The notes beneath the pieces are model-generated. The model was not told the DNA's origin. It ran no database searches and saw nothing but the letters and a program-made list of their open reading frames with translations. This document shows, in pieces, positions 1 through 10,025 of a stretch of DNA of 43,593 bases; position 1 is the stretch's first letter, and every line of letters begins with the position of its first letter. The DNA is from an uncultured Gemmatimonadaceae bacterium (GTDB lineage Bacteria; Gemmatimonadota; Gemmatimonadetes; Gemmatimonadales; Gemmatimonadaceae), in NCBI GenBank assembly GCA_963829055.1, contig CAWHHI010000002.1:1-43593 (forward strand), in the 5' to 3' direction. Made by a program: the position numbers and the translations under genes.

Positions 1-463
1 ATCAACGACGATCATCTCGCGAGGAGCTCGCGATGCGACGCTACGCCCCCCGATTTCCGTGACGTGCGCGACCTGTCACCGCGGCATAGCGCAGCCCCGC
101 CCACTGCAGCAAGTCCTGCTCGGTGCCTACGACGCCGGAGGAACGGATTCGCTCGTCAACGCGTACCGTGCACTTCGCTCGCGCTACTACGGTGCCGCCG
201 CGTACGATTTTGGCGAGGTCCCCCTCGCGGACGTCGCGTCATCGATCGGCGAGCGCGGCAAGCTGGCGGACGCCGTCCGCATCCACGTGCTCAACACGGA
301 GATGTCTCCGACCTCCGGATTCGCGCTCCGCCAGGCATCCGCAGCACAGCTGGCGTTAGGCGACACCGTGGCCGCGATCGCGAGCCTCGAGCGTGCGCTG
401 ACGCTCAACCCTAACAATGGTCAGTCTAAACGGTCGCTGGACACGTTGCGGAAGAAACCGTGA
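1..463 (+). CDS. 5'-truncated c-type cytochrome (reaction-centre cytochrome-c-like heme domain) with C-terminal TPR repeat
   Basis: VTCATCHRG heme-binding CxxCH motif followed by a TPR-like segment (LALGDTVAAIASLERALTLNPNN). Runs off the window start, with a probable indel in the first ~60 nt. Confidence 0.7.
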   Translation, partial: STTIISRGARDATLRPPISVTCATCHRGIAQPRPLQQVLLGAYDAGGTDSLVNAYRALRSRYYGAAAYDFGEVPLADVASSIGERGKLADAVRIHVLNTEMSPTSGFALRQASAAQLALGDTVAAIASLERALTLNPNNGQSKRSLDTLRKKP

Positions 464-492
464 GGCGTGGTGATCCCGGAAAGCGTCAGCTG

Positions 493-924
493 CCCGAGGA
501 GCGCAGCGACGAAGGGGGGACCTTGTGTGAGGTCATCGTAGCCGGCGTTCAGTCATCGGCCAATTTTCTCTCGAGGTCCAACAGCGACGCAGAATTCGCA
601 GGCGCGCTGTGCGCGCAACGCAGAGGGACGCAGAAAACGGCCGCTCGGGACGCCGGCGGTGCGCCGAGCGTTTTAACGAAGGAGAACGGCCTCGGAACGC
701 ATTGGCCTGCCCGAGGCCGTTCCCCCTTCTTCACGGCCCTGGCGCGATGAAGCCTGCCCCGCCGTGTGTTGCAGTTTTCTGCGTCCTTCTGCGTTGCGGC
801 CGCGAAGCGGCAGCCTGCGACTTCTGCGTCGCTGTTGGACGCGCGCACCCTGCTGTGAGCACTTCGCGCGGGACCGGCTTTGAGAACCTGACAGAAGATC
901 CCTCGCTGAACGCTCGGGATGACA
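493..924. repeat. Composite nested inverted-repeat (REP/BIME-like) cluster between convergent genes
   Basis: Outer REP-like half-sites at 493-524 and 895-924 (CCTCGCTGAACGCTCGGGATGACA). Inner inverted repeat 576-638 / 774-840 (GTCCAACAGCGACGCAGAA ... TTCTGCGTCGCTGTTGGAC). Confidence 0.8.
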
Positions 925-931
925 GACCGGC

Positions 932-3900
932 TCAGCTCACGCGTTCGAGCGCGAGCGTGAACGTCGATCCCGTTCCAGGCTCGCTCTCCACCGTCAGCTC
1001 GCCACCCATGCCGCGCGCCAGGTCTCGGCTGATCGCCAATCCGAGCCCTGTCCCCTCCGCCGGCTGCGCGAGCGTACCGAATGCAACTGCACGAACGGCT
1101 CGAAGATCGCTCCCCGGCGATCGACCGGGATGCCGATGCCCGTATCACCCACGCGAATGTAGACTCGAGCCTCGTCGTGCTCGCACACGACGTGGACACG
1201 ACCACCCGGCGGCGTGAACTTCACCGCGTTCGCCAGAAGGTTCAGCAGCACCTGCCGAACCTTCTCGGCATCCGCGCGCGCGACGATGCTGCCGAACACG
1301 GGCTCGCACACGAACTCGAGTTGCTTGGCCGCGAGCTGTGGGCGGATGAGCGACTCGAGATCCCCGAGCAGCTCCGTCACCGGAACGTTCGTCACCCGAT
1401 ACTCGACGTGCCCCGCCTCGAGCCGCGCGAAATTCAGGATGTCGTTGATGACGCTCAGCAGGTGACGCTGACTGCGCATGATGCGACCGAGGTCCTCCTG
1501 CTGCTCGGACGTCGTCGGACCGCGGAGCCCAAGGCTCATCAACTCGGCGTATCCCGAGATCGCGTTGAGCGGCGTCCGGAGCTCGTGGCTCATCGTCGCG
1601 AGGAACTGCGTCTTGGCGCGATTCGCCTCCTCCGCCGCCTGCCGTGCGCTGTGCTCCGCTTCCAGCAACCGTACGCGCTCGAACGCCTGCGTCGCCTGAT
1701 CGCCGATCGACGCGATGTAACCGCGCACGTCGTCGCTGAACACACGCCGCTCGTCGAAGCCTAACGCCACAGCACCCAGCGGCTTGCCAGTGGACGCAAT
1801 CAGCGGCAGCGCCGCCCACGCTTCCTGCGTGACCGTGCGCGCATCGGCAGGCCATGCGGGAAATCGCTGCTTGAACGCGGCTCTGTCGGGGAGGAACACC
1901 GGCTCCTGCGAACGCACGACCTCGGCGAGCGGCGTCTCACTGTCGATGGCGATACGATCGAACCGCCGGCGACTCCACGTCTCCACACCGCGCTCATCCA
2001 TCATGACGAGCTCGGGCCGTCCGTCGCTCCCGTCCTCGACACGGTAGATGGCAACGCGCGGCGTGTGAACGATCTCGCGCAGGTTCGACACCACGACCCG
2101 TGCGATCTCCTGCTCGGAGTTTGCCTCGCCGAGCGCGGCCATGATCGCCTGCAGGCGTTCCGTGCGCTCGCGCGCGATCTGTTCCGCTTCGAACGCGAGC
2201 GCGCGGGCAAGCGCCTGACCGCACTGCGCGGCGAAGAGCTCCATGAACTCGCGCTCGTCGTCCGGGAGATCGCGTACGTCCCTCCACGACAGCGTGATCA
2301 ACGCTCGCACCTGGCTGTCGGTCGCGATCGGCAGCACGACGGCGGTCTGCGTGCCCGCCTGTTCGAAGTACGGCGCTGCCGCCGGATAGCGGGTGCGCGC
2401 ATCGTCGAGCGATTCGATGAACACTCCGCGGGCGGTCGCGACGGCGTCTCGCGTGGCGGCGACGGTCGTGCGGAGCGAATACGACCGCCACGCCTGGAGC
2501 ACGTCCGCGTCGTAGCCGAACGCGGCCACGAAGCGCGTCGTGTCGCCGTCCTCCTCGATGAGCGACACCGTACCCCGTTCCGCACCGAACGCTTCGGCTG
2601 CCTCGGCGAGTATTGTTTCGGCGACAGCCATCGCCGTCGCGGCACCAGTCAGCCGCGCCGTGAGTGCGTAGAGCCGATCGGCCACGCGCGCCGAGCGCTC
2701 GGCGCGCGCGCGCGCGGCAACGGCCTGGCGATGAAGTCGGGCATGTTCGACGGCCACCGCGGCCCGCCGCGCAAGCTCGATCGCGAGTGGCAGGTCACGC
2801 TCTGAGTATCGACGACCCGATTCCGCGGACACGAGTGTGAGCGCACCGACGGCTGTGTCGCCAACGACGAGCGGCACGATCATGGCCGACCGGAGACCGA
2901 GCGTCCGCGTTATGCGCAGATGCTCGTCGTCCACCGCGCCGGCAACGAGCATCTCGTCGGTGATCTCGCTGACGGCTCGGGTCGACGCGTGCGCAACACG
3001 TTAGGCACGCCGGTCGTCGCGTCGGGTCGTGGCGGGTATCGTCGGTTGAGCTCCCGCGCCCACGTGACCTTCGTCGGATCGACGTGTGCCACCGCCAGCT
3101 GCCGAGGGGCGTCTCCGTCCTCGACGATATGCACGGAGCACCAGTCGGCGAGCTGCGGCACGACGATCTGCGCGAGCTGCTCGAGCGTCGTCTCATAGTC
3201 CAGCGACGACCCCAGCACCTCGCTCGCGCGGCCGAGGTAATGCTCGGTCTCCTCGGCTCGCTTGCGGGCGGTGACGTCCACCCATTGTGTCGCGAGACCG
3301 CCATCGGCGAGCGGAAAACACGATAGCGTCAGCCACTCGCCGCGTCCCGGATAGAACGCCTCGAACGTCACCGGGATCCGGTCGGCCGCCGCGCGACGCA
3401 TCTCGCGCTCGAACGCCGTGCCGATGATGTCAGGATACACCTCCCACAGCACGCGCCCGATGGGTGGTTGATTCGAAGCACGCGGCGACTGTCGGAAGAC
3501 CGCGGCGGCAGCGTCGTTGATGAAGAGGAAGCGCCACTTGGCGTCATGCACGACGAACGGATGCGCGATGCTGTCGAGGATGCCCTTCGTGAACAGCTCC
3601 GCCGCTTCAGCCGCGGCAGTCCGATCAGCAAGCTCCTCGGTGGACTGCTCGAGCTCCTCTGAGAGTGCCTGCGATTCCTCGAGCTGCTGTTCCAGCTCCA
3701 TCGCCTGCGACTCGAGCTCGTGGGCAAGCTCCGCGTTCTGAGCCGCTGCCATAGCCGCGGAGCGACGAGCGGTCCGCGCCGCCGTCGTGAGCATCGAAAC
3801 GGCGGTGGACGCGAATAGAAACGCCGCGAGTGGAACGAGATCTTCGGGAGTGGCCAGCGCGATTTTACCTGGCGGGCCGATGAGGTAGTAGTCGACAGCG

Positions 3901-4220
3901 AGTACCGAGAGGGCAGACGCGAGAATCGCCGGACCCAACCCACCAAACCAGGCGCTACCGATGACCGCGGGCCAGAACAGGACAAAAATTGCCCGCTGCA
4001 GCAGCGAGGCTGCGGGTAGTGTGGCCGCGAGCGCGAGTGCGGTAGCGCCAATGGCTACCAGATACCGCACGGGCTGGGGACGTTCTTCGGGGAGAAGCAC
4101 GGCGACCGCGTGGCTGGCGGTCGCCGGAATGCGCGTTGACCTGCGATGCGTCGGGTCGTTCGCCTGAAGTTCTATGCGGCCCTGACTACCATCCTGCGCG
4201 CTGGCCTCCCCACTCGTCAT
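932..4220 (-). CDS. Membrane multi-sensor histidine kinase (DUF4118-like TM region, PAS, three GAF, HisKA, HATPase), split by apparent indels
   Basis: ORFs 2910-4220 and 994-2952 join. H-box [11 protein letters not shown]-box [11 protein letters not shown]1 DTGIGI. After a shift near 1075 the frame continues [18 protein letters not shown]...[11 protein letters not shown] to TGA at 932-934. The start ATG overlaps the PP2C stop (ATGA); a later GTG start is possible. Confidence 0.85.
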
Positions 4221-5149
4221 GCGGCGAGCACCCTCGCGACGACGGCTGTCACGTTATCCGATCCACCGGCCGCGAGCGCCATGTCGATGAGCGATCGGCA
4301 TCCTGCCTCCACGTTAGGCGTGCCGGTGAGCACCTCGCGGATGCTGGCGTCAGACACGTGCTTCGTTAGGCCATCGGTGCACAGGAGCAGCGCGTCTCCG
4401 CGCTCGAGGCGGATGAAATCGACAGCCGGCGTCATGTCCCGCGCGCCGATCGCGCTCGCCAGCACGTTGTATAGCCCGGCCTCCACCGCCTTCTCCTTGG
4501 GCATCCCATGCTCGGAGACGAGCACCTCGCCAACCGTCTGATCACGGGTGAGCGGACGCATCGTGTCCCCACGAAGATGGTAGACGCGGCTATCCCCGAC
4601 ATGAACGATGTAGGCGAACGGCCAGACGACCATCGCCAGCGTGAGCGTGGTCGCAGGTCCGCCTCGCGTGTGCAGCCGGAACGTCTCGACCAGGTGATCG
4701 TGCGCGCGATGCGCAGCCGTGCGCAGATGTTCCGGGAAATCCTTTCCTTGATCGGCGCCGTAGCCGTTGTACGCACCAACCATCTCCCCGAGGTACTCGA
4801 CCATCGTCGCCACCGCGGTGGCGCTCGCGACGCGTCCGCCGGCACTCCCGCCCACGCCGTCGGCGACGACGTAGAGATACGCGCGAGGTCCGGACAGGTG
4901 ATCGAAGATGTGCGGGTCGTCGAGGTTCGTCTGGCGAAGTTGCACGGCGCGCTGCAACGCCGCCGTCACGAAGTGGTCCTCGTTCACCGACCGCACGTTG
5001 CCCACGTGAGACATGCCGTAGCTCTCGATCAGGCGCCGCACGTCGGCCGTGGTGCCTGACGAGGCGACTGCTGGTGGGAGAGCCGGCTCCGGGCGCGGGA
5101 TGATGCCAACTGCGCGGTCCGTCCCGATGGGTAGCTGTGCGTCGGTCAT
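4217..5149 (-). CDS. PP2C/PPM-family Ser/Thr protein phosphatase
   Basis: Motifs SHVGNVRSVNED, VADGVGG, HVGDSR, LCTDGL, GGSDNVT. GAGGA RBS before the ATG at 5149. Confidence 0.92.
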   Translation of the reverse strand: MTDAQLPIGTDRAVGIIPRPEPALPPAVASSGTTADVRRLIESYGMSHVGNVRSVNEDHFVTAALQRAVQLRQTNLDDPHIFDHLSGPRAYLYVVADGVGGSAGGRVASATAVATMVEYLGEMVGAYNGYGADQGKDFPEHLRTAAHRAHDHLVETFRLHTRGGPATTLTLAMVVWPFAYIVHVGDSRVYHLRGDTMRPLTRDQTVGEVLVSEHGMPKEKAVEAGLYNVLASAIGARDMTPAVDFIRLERGDALLLCTDGLTKHVSDASIREVLTGTPNVEAGCRSLIDMALAAGGSDNVTAVVARVLAA

Positions 5150-5360
5150 CGCGTGTCCTCGGTGCACCTGCGTTATCGTGGCGGCGGCCGCACGGCGCAC
5201 ACCGACTATGGGCTCCCCAAACTATGACACCGGCACGCGGGCGGCTATGCTCGGCCCATTACCCGGACTCCGGCTGCCCGGTGGTGCCGTACGCCCGGCG
5301 GTGATAAGCTGACCGCGCTTTGCACGCTTCACATTGCTTCTTGCTTCCTGGGGGAGACTC

Positions 5361-5702
5361 ATGCCGTTCGACATTCCGGGCGTTTGGCCCGACGAGAGCC
5401 ACACCGCGAGCCGCTCCGCGCCCGTCGGGGTCATCAAACTGCGCATCCGCTGTTTCGAGGATTCGTGCAAACCGGGCGCGATGACCGTGCGCGTCGTTGG
5501 CGCGACCACCGGAAGGGTCATCGCCCAGGGTACGGTTACGAGCTCGTCGACGAAGAAGCTCCACGAGCTTCCGGTGCTGGGCTCGCGATCGCGGGCGAAA
5601 ACGAACGTCCGCGTGCTGTTCTCGTGCGGCGGCGAAGAGGCGGAAGGGTGGGCAGGCCAGCTGTGGATCGGGACGGCCGAGACCCCATCGATCACCGGCT
5701 GA
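5361..5702 (+). CDS. Small hypothetical beta-rich protein
   Basis: GGGGGAG RBS before ATG 5361, GC3-rich codons, co-oriented just upstream of the peptidase. No recognisable family. Confidence 0.5.
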   Translation: MPFDIPGVWPDESHTASRSAPVGVIKLRIRCFEDSCKPGAMTVRVVGATTGRVIAQGTVTSSSTKKLHELPVLGSRSRAKTNVRVLFSCGGEEAEGWAGQLWIGTAETPSITG

Positions 5703-5819
5703 CGGGCGGACTCCGGCGCGGGGTGCACGACCGGCTGCGATGAAAGCCGGCGCGCCTCACCCCGATCGCGCGCTTTGGCCAGCAAGCCGGGGTCCACCGT
5801 CGCGTTGGAGGATCCGGCA

Positions 5820-7934
5820 ATGCCCGGCACGACAACGGACGACGCCGACGACGACACCCCAAAGACGACTCGTCCAAGTGCCTGGCGGCGGCGAGAGCCG
5901 GAACCGGCGACCACGGCGGCCGAGAACATCGGACGCAAGCTCGACGCGGTGCCAGATCGGGTGGACACACGCGACTGGTTCTTCCAGCCCCGCCTAACGC
6001 CGCTGCCGACGTCGCTCGTGAACTGCGATCACGTGCCGGCCATTCTCGATCAGGGCAACGAGGGCGCGTGCACCGGGTTCGCGCTGGCGGCGGTAGTGAA
6101 CTACCTGCTCGCGCATCAGACCGTGGATCGCAAGGTGAGCCCGTACATGCTCTACGAGCTCGCGCGAAAATACGACGAGTGGCCGGGCGAGGGATACGAG
6201 GGATCATCGGCGCGAGGCGCCATGAAGGGCTGGGTGCGCCACGGCGTGTGTCTCGAGAAATCGTGGACGAAGAAGGACAAGGGCGTCAGCTGTCTCCGGA
6301 AGACGCTGAAGAAAGGGTTCACCATCAGCGACGAGGCGCGCGCCACGCCGGGCGGCGCGTTCTACCGTGTGCAGCACGACCAGGTGCGTGACATGCACGC
6401 CGCCATCGCCGAGGCGGGCGCGATCTACTGCACGCTCATGGTGCATTCCGGGTGGGACGATCCGGGCGGAGACGCGAAGGCGCCGCGCGCACCGGTGACT
6501 GGCTCCAATACGATCGAGAGCCTGCCGATCATCCAGCGTCGCGGCCGCGCGACGGATGGTCATGCGGTCGCGATCGTCGGCTACACCGACGTGGGCTTCG
6601 TCATCCAGAACTCGTGGGGACCGACGTGGGGCGAGAAAGGGTTCGCGCTCCTGCCGTACGAAGACTTTCTCATGCACGCCACCGACGTCTGGGTGATGCA
6701 GATCGGCGTGCCGCTCAAGATCGATCTCTGGGAGCAGGGAAAGACGTTCGCCGACTCCGCGGCCGGCTTACCGCGCGCGCATCAGGCGGTGCCGCTCGAC
6801 GCGATTCGTCCGTTCGCGGTGGATGTCGGTAACAACGGCGAGCTGTCCGACACCGGCGACTACTGGACGACGCCCGACGACATCGAGCACCTGTTCGCCG
6901 TCACGATACCGGAAGCGACGAAGGCGTGGCGTCGCCGGCGCATCATGCTCTACCTGCACGGCGGCCTGAACGACGAGCGCTCCGTGGCCGATCGCATCAT
7001 CGCGTTCCGCGAGGTGATGCTCGCGAACGAGATCTATCCGATCCACATCATGTGGGAGTCCGGTGGTGTGGAGACGTTAGGCAACATGCTCCGGGACTAT
7101 CACACGGATGTGGATGACCGCGCCGGCGTCGGCGAATGGCTCAAGAAGCTGCGCGACAACCTCGTCGAGGCGAAGGACCGATCGCTCGAGGTGACGCTGG
7201 CGCGACCGGGTGGTCTCATGTGGCGCGAGATGAAGGAGAACGCGCGGCTCGCCTCGGAGCATCCGGACGGAAAGGGCGCGATGCAACTGCTCACGACGCG
7301 CGCGCGAAAGGCGGTCTCGAGTCTCGCCGAGACGACTCGTGGGTCACTCGAGCTGCACGTCGTCGGACACAGTGCCGGGAGCATCTTCGCGGCGTACGCG
7401 TTGCCGCTGCTGCTCAAGGCTGGCATCAAGCTGCGCACCATCCAGTTCATGGCGCCCGCCATCACGGTCGAGCTGTTCCGGCAACTCGTCCTGCCGCTGG
7501 TCGAAGGTGGGAAGTGCCCACACCCGACGAACTACGTGCTGAGCGATGCTGGTGAGCGGGATGACACGATCGGCCCGTACGGCAAATCGCTGCTGTTCCT
7601 GGTCAGCAACGCGTTCGAGGGAACGCGCGGCGTGCCGCTGCTCGGCATGGAGCGATTCGTCAGCGGCCGCGGCGAGATGGAAGACCGATTCCTCGGCCCC
7701 AATCGCTGGGCGAACGAATTCTTCACGAAGACCGTGGATGGAAACGCGAGCCTCGTCGTTGCGGGCAATGAAACGCTGGATCGGTTGCCGGGCGCGCTGC
7801 AGGGCGCGAGCCTGAGTCGAAGCGAGAGTCACGGCGGCTTCGACAACGACGTCGACACAATGAACTCGGTGCTCACCCGAATTCTTGGCGCGAGGCCGAG
7901 GAGGTTCTTCGAGGTCCGCGACCTGAGGTACTGA
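5820..7934 (+). CDS. Papain-like C1 cysteine peptidase fused to a C-terminal alpha/beta-hydrolase-like domain
   Basis: DQGNEGACTGF (Gln/Cys), GHAVAIVGY (His) and QNSWG (Asn). The C-terminal part has YLHGGLN, GHSAG and SHGGFDND. GGAGG RBS at 5807-5811. Confidence 0.88.
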   Translation: MPGTTTDDADDDTPKTTRPSAWRRREPEPATTAAENIGRKLDAVPDRVDTRDWFFQPRLTPLPTSLVNCDHVPAILDQGNEGACTGFALAAVVNYLLAHQTVDRKVSPYMLYELARKYDEWPGEGYEGSSARGAMKGWVRHGVCLEKSWTKKDKGVSCLRKTLKKGFTISDEARATPGGAFYRVQHDQVRDMHAAIAEAGAIYCTLMVHSGWDDPGGDAKAPRAPVTGSNTIESLPIIQRRGRATDGHAVAIVGYTDVGFVIQNSWGPTWGEKGFALLPYEDFLMHATDVWVMQIGVPLKIDLWEQGKTFADSAAGLPRAHQAVPLDAIRPFAVDVGNNGELSDTGDYWTTPDDIEHLFAVTIPEATKAWRRRRIMLYLHGGLNDERSVADRIIAFREVMLANEIYPIHIMWESGGVETLGNMLRDYHTDVDDRAGVGEWLKKLRDNLVEAKDRSLEVTLARPGGLMWREMKENARLASEHPDGKGAMQLLTTRARKAVSSLAETTRGSLELHVVGHSAGSIFAAYALPLLLKAGIKLRTIQFMAPAITVELFRQLVLPLVEGGKCPHPTNYVLSDAGERDDTIGPYGKSLLFLVSNAFEGTRGVPLLGMERFVSGRGEMEDRFLGPNRWANEFFTKTVDGNASLVVAGNETLDRLPGALQGASLSRSESHGGFDNDVDTMNSVLTRILGARPRRFFEVRDLRY

Positions 7935-7948
7935 GCACCTTCGTCTTC

Positions 7949-8284
7949 TGTCATTCCGAGCGTCAGCGAGGGACCTTTGTGAAGTGATTGTGGCCGGACC
8001 GGCTACGATGCCATCACGCCGACGAGAAAAACGCAAACAACAGCAACAACAACAGAGACAGGATTGCCAGGATTTGCAGGATTAAAGAGACGTCGTCAGG
8101 GACGGTCGCGATCCGCCCGCCCGGAATCCTGCCAATCCTGCCAATCCTGTCTGCTGTTGTTGGTTTGTCATCCCGAGCGTCAGCGAGGGACCTTCTCCGA
8201 CCGTCATCGTAGCTGGCAGTGCCTCGAGGGTGGCCCGCACTACGTCCGCCGTCCTGAGTTGCGGAACGCCAGCCAGCTACGATG
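7949..8284. repeat. Composite REP-like cluster between convergent genes
   Basis: Two direct copies of TGTCATYCCGAGCGTCAGCGAGGGACCTT (~7949 and ~8166). Between them is an inverted repeat of CAGGATT-type 9-bp units (~8039-8083 / ~8125-8167). A 13-bp inverted repeat CATCGTAGCTGGC / GCCAGCTACGATG lies at 8205-8217 / 8272-8284. Confidence 0.8.
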
Positions 8285-8302
8285 CCGTTACAGAACGGTC
8301 CC

Positions 8303-9490
8303 TTACTTCATCTGGCGCAGTGACGCGATGCGCGTCGCGCGACTCTTCGGGCTGTCGAGGCTGAACGATCGCGCGTCGCCGAGCTGATCGCGGACGAACG
8401 TCTGTGTCTCCTCGACCGCAGCCTCGAGCGCCTTGTCCTTCTTGCGGCCGAACGTCGCCCACACGATCGAGCCCGCGTCCACATCGAACTCCCACAGTCC
8501 GATGATCTGGCCGCGGTCCAGGATCGCGTGACTCGGAAGATCCATGAGCCCGCCCGCTGGCTTCGCCGACGTGTCGACGACGAACATCCGCTCACGGTCC
8601 TTCGGATCGAGGAGCGACTGCATCTCGCGCCGGTTCGCGGTGATCGGATCGAGACTGCTCACGAGCGCGTACTCGGGCTTCGTCGGTGCCTTGAACGCGG
8701 CGAATGCCTTCGCGTCGTCAGGCAGCAGCAGGCGATCGCTGCCGGTTTCGGCCGGCACGAGTCCGAGCGGCTCGACGGCCTGCTTCGTCGCCTTCACGCC
8801 GAGACCCGAGAACCACTGGAACTCGCCTAACGTCGCCGGACCGACCCAGCGGAAGAAGCGGCGCGCGAGCTCCGTGAACGCGGCGTCGAGCGACAGGGGA
8901 TATTTCGTGAGCGGATTCGGCGACCAGTTCGTGTACTTGTAGCGCTGCTGGTCCAGCCGTCCGTTCGTCGGGACGCGACGCAACTTCCCCGCGGTCTGCA
9001 ATCGTCCGAGCGCCAGCGGCAGGGTCGTCGTCAGACCCTTTTTCCTGCCTTCGTCGCCGAGACTGCGCGACGCCTTCCCGGTCGCTTCGCGAATACCGTC
9101 AGGGTCGAGCGGCCCCTTCGCGAGCGCCATCACGATGCCGTCGCAGAGCTTGTCGATCTCGTTTTCCGTGACGCCGAGCTTGAGCGCCTGCTTCATGTCG
9201 CCGCCGCTGAACTCGCGCCCGACGGTGAGCCCGAGCGCGAAGTCACTGGCGGGCAGCACGTACGTGCACCCACGTGCGGTCGGGAGCTCGTGGATCTCGA
9301 GCTTCGCCGCCGCGCGATCCGCGTCCTCGCGACTCGTGCGACCGCGGGAGAACAGCGTGAGGTACGGCCCCACTCCGCCGACGGAGCGCGCCCACCCGCA
9401 CCGCTCGAGAATCGCCGCAGGCGATTGTCCGAGGAGCGATCCATCGAGCCCTTGGCGGTGCGACCACCAGGCGCGGAGCTTGGATTCCAT
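8303..9490 (-). CDS. Winged-helix DNA-binding protein of the AlkZ/YcaQ (HTH_42) crosslink-repair glycosylase superfamily
   Basis: 395 aa. Recognisable segments ELARRFFRWVGPATLGEFQWFSGLGV and C-terminal HAILDRGQIIGLWEFD. Confidence 0.72.
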   Translation of the reverse strand: MESKLRAWWSHRQGLDGSLLGQSPAAILERCGWARSVGGVGPYLTLFSRGRTSREDADRAAAKLEIHELPTARGCTYVLPASDFALGLTVGREFSGGDMKQALKLGVTENEIDKLCDGIVMALAKGPLDPDGIREATGKASRSLGDEGRKKGLTTTLPLALGRLQTAGKLRRVPTNGRLDQQRYKYTNWSPNPLTKYPLSLDAAFTELARRFFRWVGPATLGEFQWFSGLGVKATKQAVEPLGLVPAETGSDRLLLPDDAKAFAAFKAPTKPEYALVSSLDPITANRREMQSLLDPKDRERMFVVDTSAKPAGGLMDLPSHAILDRGQIIGLWEFDVDAGSIVWATFGRKKDKALEAAVEETQTFVRDQLGDARSFSLDSPKSRATRIASLRQMK

Positions 9491-9580
9491 GTGAGTCGAT
9501 GTGAGTCGCGGGGGCAGTGGTGTTGGATCTACGGGAGACGATAACCGCTGATTCGGTGCTTGGATACTTCCCTGTTCTGC

Positions 9581-9922
9581 ATCGTCGCGCCGGGGTCGGT
9601 GGGAACTACGATTTTGCGGATCGACACTGCGAAACTACCGGATACGGCTTTGCATTCCCGGCATCTTGCGCGGGCCCGGTGGGAACGGCGATTTCGCGGA
9701 TGAAACGGAAGAATCAGGATACGTTCCCGATAAGTCCCGGCTCCGTAGCGCAACGAGCCGGGAACTTTGGGAACGGCCGCTCGGGACGTTTCATCTCCCG
9801 AGCGGCCGTTCCTCTTTCATTCAGGCCGCGGCGAGAGCCAGCGTCGAATGCAAAGCCGTATCCGGCCGTTTTCCGTGTCGGATCCGCAAAATCGTAGTTC
9901 CCACCGACCCCGGCGCGATGAT
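9581..9922. repeat. Long palindromic element, family A, copy 1 (MITE/REPIN-like)
   Basis: Arms 9581-9657 / 9846-9922 include a perfect 38-bp and a perfect 20-bp inverted match. Internal degenerate third arm at ~9668-9720 and internal hairpin GGAACGGCCGCTCGGGA...TCCCGAGCGGCCGTTCC. Confidence 0.9.
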
Positions 9923-10025
9923 CTGTGAATCGCGGGTCCGCGAAAATCGAGGTACGGAAAACACCCGACATCCCTACAGGGAATCCATTCTAGGCGGCGA
10001 CAACGCAACATCGTATCGAGCAACC

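Noticed and set aside
1..463. Reaction-centre-type cytochrome as evidence of phototrophy
   Set aside because: Only one CxxCH is visible, it is fused to a TPR, and no puf/bch genes are in the window. Such domains also occur in non-phototrophs.
7949..8284. Repeats as a CRISPR array
   Set aside because: No run of identical repeats with regular unique spacers and no cas genes. The structure is inverted and mosaic.
9517..10023. ORFs across family A copies (9517-9897, 30017-30667, and the N-terminal extensions of 9666-11138 and 33504-34247) as a new protein family
   Set aside because: Their mutual similarity is explained by the DNA repeat. Frames differ between copies and both strands give similar open frames.
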